Shown here: positions 61,301 to 64,000 of the stretch, in pieces | Layout: every line of letters starts with the position of its first letter | How positions within the stretch are numbered: the stretch's first letter is position 1 | Source of the DNA: Antedon mediterranea | Lineage: Eukaryota > Animalia > Echinodermata | Assembly: GCF_964355755.1 (NCBI RefSeq) | Contig: NC_092671.1 | Coordinates: 34,544,304-34,608,303 of the forward strand | Reading direction: 5' to 3' | Length of the DNA: 64,000 nucleotides | Translations under genes and position numbers: made by a program | Notes under the pieces: model-generated | What the model was told of the DNA's origin: nothing | What the model saw: only the letters and a program-made list of their open reading frames with translations | Database searches by the model: none

Positions 61301-63363
61301 ATCAAGTGTTTCTCTCGTCCAGTGTCCACCTTAATCAGAGGAGAGGCGTAAGACAATACAGTATATCAAAATGGGACCCCAGCTCCATATATATACAGCA
61401 TATATACAAATATCTCCAAAAATTTAGGCTATATTTAATATAGTTACATAAGAAAAATTACATACCACAACTAGCTGATTCATCTGATTCGTCTCCACAG
61501 TCATTGTCATGATCACACTGCCAAATATTTGGTATGCAAAGTCCATTGTCACATGCAAATTCTCCTACATTGCAAGTTCCTCTCTCTACAAGCATATAAC
61601 AATACAACATGAAAACATTAGCTTATTCTGTGGTGTAACACAGGGGGAAAGACCCCTGTTTTAGCACTCTTAAGTGGCCATCCAATGCTAGGTAATTGCA
61701 CTGGGCTAGTCATGCTCTGGGGATTTTAAGATCTTCGGCCCCCCGAGTTTAGCCAGTGAGCGCTAATAGCTATTACGCTACTGGGCTCACTTGCCAATGA
61801 AAGTTTGGTTCCTACTACTTACAATGCAAGAACATAATCATATCGCACATGGGTTAAAGAGTAAACAAGATGTAGTTACTAAAGTAACTGCAGTAGAATA
61901 ATTTTGACATAGTCCCTTCAGTAAAACCTACCACAGGTATGCTCATCTTCAGCATCTTCGCAATCACTTTGACCATCACACACCCAACGATCAGGGATGC
62001 AACGACTGAAGCCTGGCTTAGGTGTTGTACAGGTGAAGTAGCCTGCAGAACAGGAAACTGGGGCTAAAAATAAAACAAAATCACAACATTAAACATGTTT
62101 CTTAAAATTTAAAGATATTAAAATTGAAAATTTACAAAAGGTAAACTATAAAAGTAAAAATCAAAATCAAAACATTTAGCATTTATCCACATTTTTTTTA
62201 CAAAACAGATGGTAAAGGTATATACTGTAATAGAAACAAATTTAGATAAGAAACATAATAAAAGATAAGAGTTCACAAACTGATTTTAAAAATTACATTA
62301 TAAACATTTTTATGTGATTTACTGTATTTAAAAACAAATTTAGATATGGTATTGGTATAGATAACAAAAGACTAAAGAATTCGCAAGGTCAATTATAAAT
62401 CTAGATTACACGATATTGTATGTACACTATTAAATAGTAATATACTAAAAAAGTTCTCTAGTTGAGAGAGACAAAGTACCACAAATAAACATCCAAAGAG
62501 ATGGCCACTGTCAAAAATTCATCATAGTACTATACACTGGGCCCTCTGAGAGAACTGAAGAGGCTACCCAGTATAAAGAATAAATAATAATAATAATACT
62601 TACAGCAATCGCCAGCAGTGTCATCTTCATCAGAACCATCTCCACAATCATCTTCTGCATCGCACACCCAACTTAATGGGATACAACGATTATTCTGGCA
62701 AGTGTAATACCCCGTATGACAAGTAAAGTCAGGTGAATCTATAGCAATAAATATCAATATTTTAAATTAAATAGTCATTTTACTATATTTGGACTGACAA
62801 AACAATTCACAAGGCAAATGGCGGCAAATGAACAGTGGTCATTCCTTCTAGGTGATAAAGTACCAGGTAAAACCGGTATTTTATTACAAAGTTTTGTTTA
62901 AAGATTCCCATGGCAAATAAACACAATAGTGTATCGCAAACCTAACTTTAGGGCCTGTTTAGACCAGAGTTATGCTTTTGTATCAAACGTGGCATTGTAC
63001 AGTACAACTCCGGTCTAAATCAGTAAAAGATTAGTGGAAGCCACCTCTTAATACGACACTGATCTTTCATGATCAAAATGGCAAAAAATGAGCTAACAAA
63101 CAAGGGTTTATCATTCCTTCTGGGAATTCCTCACAGTAATGTAAAACAGGCATTTGTTATTCTATAGAAATATAGTGATGCGGGTATAAGCCCCTAACCC
63201 CCCCCGGGATATAATAACAGCAAAAATGAAATCGTACCACAAATATCAGCTGGTTCATCACTACTATCTTCACAGTCAACCTCACCATCACAGTACCAGC
63301 TACCTGGGTAGCATCTCTGTGAATCATCACAGCGGCGGTATGTTTCAGCACATTCATTTGAAC
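33063..63363 (-). CDS. LRP2: Low-density lipoprotein receptor-related protein 2 (megalin) orthologue, 3' part; 35 coding exons in window, 5' end beyond right edge
   Basis: All 35 exons have GT-AG boundaries with matching phases; joined length 5165 nt gives a continuous frame. Final LDLa cluster has 11 repeats as in megalin cluster IV. Megalin-like stretches: [28 protein letters not shown], and C-terminal YSPTE..NLV..SDM. Confidence 0.92.
33957..34050 (-). CDS. LRP2: LRP2 exon, cytoplasmic tail
   Basis: [31 protein letters not shown]; phase 2-0. Confidence 0.87.
34395..34494 (-). CDS. LRP2: LRP2 exon, transmembrane helix
   Basis: [32 protein letters not shown]: hydrophobic span plus basic stop-transfer; phase 1-2. 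Confidence 0.9.
34705..34952 (+). mobile_element. LINE 3' UTR fragment, same family as 24121-24600
   Basis: TGGTGGTCACGAC..AAGTTGTCCGCAACTTATTTTGACCTCCATC..GTGGAGAAACTAATAAA(ACAA)n. Confidence 0.7.
35030..35070 (-). CDS. LRP2: LRP2 41-nt micro-exon, stalk
   Basis: TTCTTGTAG/..G/GTGTGT; [13 protein letters not shown]; phase 2-1, needed to restore the frame between its neighbours. Confidence 0.7.
35340..35391 (-). CDS. LRP2: LRP2 52-nt exon, stalk
   Basis: AAG/..GTAAGT; [16 protein letters not shown]; phase 1-2; resembles the LPPPC linker of vertebrate megalin. Confidence 0.75.
35948..36091 (-). CDS. LRP2: LRP2 exon, EGF-like
   Basis: [39 protein letters not shown]. Confidence 0.9.
36694..36885 (-). 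CDS. LRP2: LRP2 exon, end of YWTD propeller
   Basis: [42 protein letters not shown]. Confidence 0.9.
37370..38325. mobile_element. CpG-rich intronic insertion ending in a 145-bp hairpin (possibly CryptonV-like non-autonomous element)
   Basis: Hairpin 38181-38325 is directly visible; internal ~34-bp direct repeat near 37494 and 37566; left boundary and superfamily are inferred. Confidence 0.4.
38381..38607 (-). CDS. LRP2: LRP2 exon, YWTD propeller
   Basis: [42 protein letters not shown]..; phase 2-1. Confidence 0.93.
38911..39081 (-). CDS. LRP2: LRP2 exon, YWTD propeller (contains RVRR)
   Basis: [56 protein letters not shown]; phase 2-2. Confidence 0.9.
39131..39293. mobile_element. Copy of the same MITE family
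   Basis: TGTGTACACTATCAAA ... AGTTTGATAGTAGACAGAGC with (ATATCACTGCCATATTTGGGC)x3. Confidence 0.7.
39332..39470 (-). CDS. LRP2: LRP2 exon, YWTD propeller
   Basis: [29 protein letters not shown]; phase 1-2. Confidence 0.88.
40062..40190 (-). CDS. LRP2: LRP2 exon, start of last YWTD propeller
   Basis: [42 protein letters not shown]; AG/GTAAGT, phase 1-1. Confidence 0.85.
41782..41922 (-). CDS. LRP2: LRP2 exon, calcium-binding EGF
   Basis: [46 protein letters not shown]. Confidence 0.92.
42990..43118 (-). CDS. LRP2: LRP2 exon, EGF-like
   Basis: [42 protein letters not shown]. Confidence 0.9.
43159..43397 (+). mobile_element. tRNA-derived SINE (tRNA-Gly(TCC)-like head) with poly(A) tail
   Basis: A box TAGCTTGGTGG, GCCTTCCAA anticodon-arm remnant, B box GGTTCAATCC, ~29-nt A tail; related copies near 24925-24985 (+), 58040-58145 (-), 63795-63985 (-). 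Confidence 0.75.
44485..44604 (-). CDS. LRP2: LRP2 exon, LDLa repeat (11th of cluster IV)
   Basis: [39 protein letters not shown]. Confidence 0.92.
45012..45146 (-). CDS. LRP2: LRP2 exon, LDLa repeat
   Basis: [44 protein letters not shown]. Confidence 0.9.
45225..45850. mobile_element. Non-autonomous Kolobok-like DNA transposon (626 bp)
   Basis: TTAA on both sides (45221-45224, 45851-45854), AG..CT termini, imperfect TIR AGACCCCTTCCCT / AGCCCCATTCCCT; CpG-rich relative to the surrounding intron. Confidence 0.7.
45985..46360. repeat. 44-bp minisatellite, ~8.5 copies
   Basis: TTGATCAAGAGCAGCTCATGATAGGGGAGACTGCTTACAACCCA starting at 45985, 46029, 46073, 46117, 46161, 46205, 46249, ~46292, ~46335. 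Confidence 0.92.
46380..46517 (-). CDS. LRP2: LRP2 exon, LDLa repeat
   Basis: [45 protein letters not shown]. Confidence 0.92.
47006..47122 (-). CDS. LRP2: LRP2 exon, LDLa repeat
   Basis: [38 protein letters not shown]. Confidence 0.92.
47235..47526 (-). mobile_element. tRNA-headed SINE with Deu/Nin-like central domain
   Basis: Minus strand: GTGGCCAAGCAGTTTAG (A-box-like), GGATTCGAGGC (B-box-like), then CTCGGATAAGGATTATAAACCGTAGGTCC..GTGCACTTTAAGGAATC, resembling the DeuSINE core as I recall it; head partly duplicated near 47632-47678. Confidence 0.55.
47712..47831 (-). CDS. LRP2: LRP2 exon, LDLa repeat
   Basis: [39 protein letters not shown]. Confidence 0.92.
48342..48461 (-). CDS. LRP2: LRP2 exon, LDLa repeat
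   Basis: [39 protein letters not shown]. Confidence 0.92.
48695..48955 (+). mobile_element. RTE-clade LINE 3' relic
   Basis: Degenerate [24 protein letters not shown]....RPALTY....DTG....EL...MADRKLWR followed by a TAAG-like tail. Confidence 0.7.
49208..49333 (-). CDS. LRP2: LRP2 exon, LDLa repeat
   Basis: [41 protein letters not shown]. Confidence 0.92.
49808..49927 (-). CDS. LRP2: LRP2 exon, LDLa repeat
   Basis: [39 protein letters not shown]. Confidence 0.92.
50063..50239. mobile_element. Small MITE
   Basis: TIR CAGTGGTCGTATTCACCA / TGGTGAATATCCGACCACTG; no clear TSD. Confidence 0.5.
50523..50648 (-). CDS. LRP2: LRP2 exon, LDLa repeat
   Basis: [41 protein letters not shown]. Confidence 0.92.
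51091..51207 (-). CDS. LRP2: LRP2 exon, LDLa repeat
   Basis: [38 protein letters not shown]. Confidence 0.92.
51350..51610 (-). CDS. LRP2: LRP2 exon, EGF plus first LDLa of cluster IV
   Basis: [58 protein letters not shown]; AG/GT. Confidence 0.93.
52038..52607 (+). CDS. LINE ORF1p (coiled coil + RRM + CTD, L1-ORF1/Transposase_22-like)
   Basis: 189 aa; motifs [34 protein letters not shown]. Confidence 0.88.
   Translation: MAPKLDVDKLKKDLLQELTTSITETLNKAFDKLQEQISNIETRLDYLEQYSRRNNLRFYGLQDSTKSTDDLVAEVIRDKMGITFKSDDIEVSHRIGPITEKPRPIIVRFNSIRTRNNVFAAKSKLKGMPVYISEDLTKANFNLFWKVRHHDGVQRAWTNRCKIWALCKGEEKPKHIKNENDFERLIAEH
52802..56830 (+). pseudogene. LINE ORF2p (2A-like leader, APE endonuclease, reverse transcriptase, C-terminal Cys/His motif), disrupted by one insertion and one frameshift
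   Basis: APE motifs HINIRSL, LTETWL, MGDMNA, CIDHI, CDHSPV; RT motifs [34 protein letters not shown]; CxC..H..C near the C terminus. Removing 54175-54898 and adding one A in the run near 55724-55729 gives a 1101-aa frame. Confidence 0.92.
54175..54895. mobile_element. 721-bp non-autonomous PIF/Harbinger-like DNA transposon nested in LINE ORF2
   Basis: Imperfect ~35-bp TIRs (GGGCCTGTTCGTAGG.. vs reverse complement GGTCGTGTTCGTACGG..), 3-bp TSD ATA (54172-54174, 54896-54898); precise removal restores the ORF2 frame (..[22 protein letters not shown]..). Confidence 0.85.
56872..56915 (+). other. LINE 3'-terminal stem-loop
   Basis: GAGGCGCCTT/AAGGCGCCTC outer stem and AAGATGG/CCATCTT inner stem, about 15 nt before the A tail. 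Confidence 0.75.
57375..57595 (-). CDS. LRP2: LRP2 exon, YWTD beta-propeller
   Basis: [46 protein letters not shown]; phase 2-1. Confidence 0.93.
58281..58451 (-). CDS. LRP2: LRP2 exon, YWTD beta-propeller
   Basis: [39 protein letters not shown]; phase 2-2. Confidence 0.93.
58657..59047 (-). CDS. LRP2: LRP2 exon, YWTD beta-propeller
   Basis: [49 protein letters not shown]; phase 1-2. Confidence 0.93.
59090..59370. repeat. 20-21-bp minisatellite, ~13 copies
   Basis: ATTCAGTTTACCTGTATGTAA tandem array filling most of the 352-bp intron 59048-59399. Confidence 0.92.
59400..59531 (-). CDS. LRP2: LRP2 exon, calcium-binding EGF
   Basis: [43 protein letters not shown]; AG/GT. Confidence 0.92.
59847..59972 (-). 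CDS. LRP2: LRP2 exon, EGF-like
   Basis: [41 protein letters not shown]; AG/GT. Confidence 0.92.
60274..60396 (-). CDS. LRP2: LRP2 exon, LDLa repeat (last of cluster III)
   Basis: [40 protein letters not shown]; AG/GT. Confidence 0.9.
60731..60896. mobile_element. MITE (Harbinger-like TIR CTGTCTACACTATCAAACT) with internal 21-bp tandem units
   Basis: CTAAAGCACTGTCTACACTATCAAACT ... AGTTTGATAGTGTGGACAGAGCTTTAG; further copies near 950-1050, 34550-34688, 36139-36270, 39131-39293. Confidence 0.75.
61016..61132 (-). CDS. LRP2: LRP2 exon, LDLa repeat
   Basis: [38 protein letters not shown]; AG/GT. Confidence 0.92.
61466..61585 (-). CDS. LRP2: LRP2 exon, LDLa repeat
   Basis: [39 protein letters not shown]; AG/GT. 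Confidence 0.92.
61932..62063 (-). CDS. LRP2: LRP2 exon, LDLa repeat
   Basis: [43 protein letters not shown]; AG/GT. Confidence 0.92.
62604..62738 (-). CDS. LRP2: LRP2 exon, LDLa repeat
   Basis: [44 protein letters not shown]; AG/GT. Confidence 0.92.
63238..63363 (-). CDS. LRP2: LRP2 exon, LDLa repeat
   Basis: AG/GT bounded, phase 1-1; [41 protein letters not shown]. Confidence 0.9.
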
Positions 63364-63794
63364 CTAAAAAGAAACGTTAAGAAGTTATGACATTGTGTAC
63401 TTAGTATGTGACATACAGGCAAATTGTCTTTTGAAAGTTGTGTGTTGCAAATTACACTATTTTCGTGTCTACCACATTTAAGTGAGCTGTAGATTTCACA
63501 TTGCCTAATGTTATAATTTATACAGTATAATGCAGATAAGTGTATGTAAATAAAATTAAGTACAAAATAATTATAATATATTTCATCATTTTTCAACTAT
63601 GAAGCCATGGATTTAAAGAAATCATGTTCTAAGACTCTTATTATTTATAACCAAATCTATTTGACAATCTACTTTTGGAATAAATTTAGACCATTTTCTA
63701 TTATAAATGCAAACATCAAAGAACCATTTGTAACAAATTGTATTTTTTATTTTATTAATAATATGAATCAAATAGCAAGAAACTCACTAATTAT

Positions 63795-63985
63795 AGGCCT
63801 ACAGGATGAAAACTATAATTTATCATGCTTAAAGTAAGTCTCATTTGAGGCTTAGAAAGTGGAATAGTCATTAGTTACAACCCGGAAACTACAGTAGGTC
63901 AGGACCCTTGGTAGTTAACATGCTTGCCTTCCAATCAATGGGATTGGAAGGCAAGCATGTTAGCCCCCCAACTAATAGCTCCACT
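63795..63985 (-). mobile_element. Rearranged copy of the tRNA-Gly-like SINE
   Basis: GTCTCATTTGAGGCTTAG and GATTGGAAGGCAAGCA match the 43.2-kb copy in reverse. Confidence 0.6.
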
Positions 63986-64000
63986 ACTATTAACATTAGT

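Noticed and set aside
33063-63363. Alternative identification as LRP1/LRP1B because of the furin site
   Set aside because: LRP1 has a run of several EGF repeats before the TM helix. Here there is one EGF plus a stalk, and megalin-type motifs (PTRYPGG, VTFR.G, YSxTE..NLV..SxM) are present.

Overview
AT-rich eukaryotic DNA from an invertebrate, plausibly a deuterostome such as an echinoderm (inferred from the repeat content). The right half (33063-63363, minus strand) holds the last 35 coding exons of an LRP2/megalin orthologue. I assembled these by hand from GT-AG boundaries: 5165 nt that splice into one open frame of about 1720 aa. The domain order is 6 LDLa, 2 EGF, YWTD propeller, EGF, 11 LDLa, 2 EGF, YWTD propeller, EGF, short stalk, TM helix, and a tail with FENPGY and a C-terminal SDM. 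The gene continues beyond the right edge. One intron carries a young full-length antisense LINE (51627-56948, 12-bp TSD, ORF1 plus APE/RT ORF2 with an N-terminal 2A-like GDIHPNPGP). It inserted 16 nt from a splice acceptor, and its own 5' end supplies a consensus branch point. The LINE is interrupted by a 721-bp PIF/Harbinger-like element. The left half (1-33 kb) is essentially non-coding: MITEs, SINE/LINE relics, palindromes, minisatellites and one candidate first exon of another minus-strand gene near 6.6 kb. No prokaryotic systems, CRISPR arrays or rRNA/tRNA genes were found.
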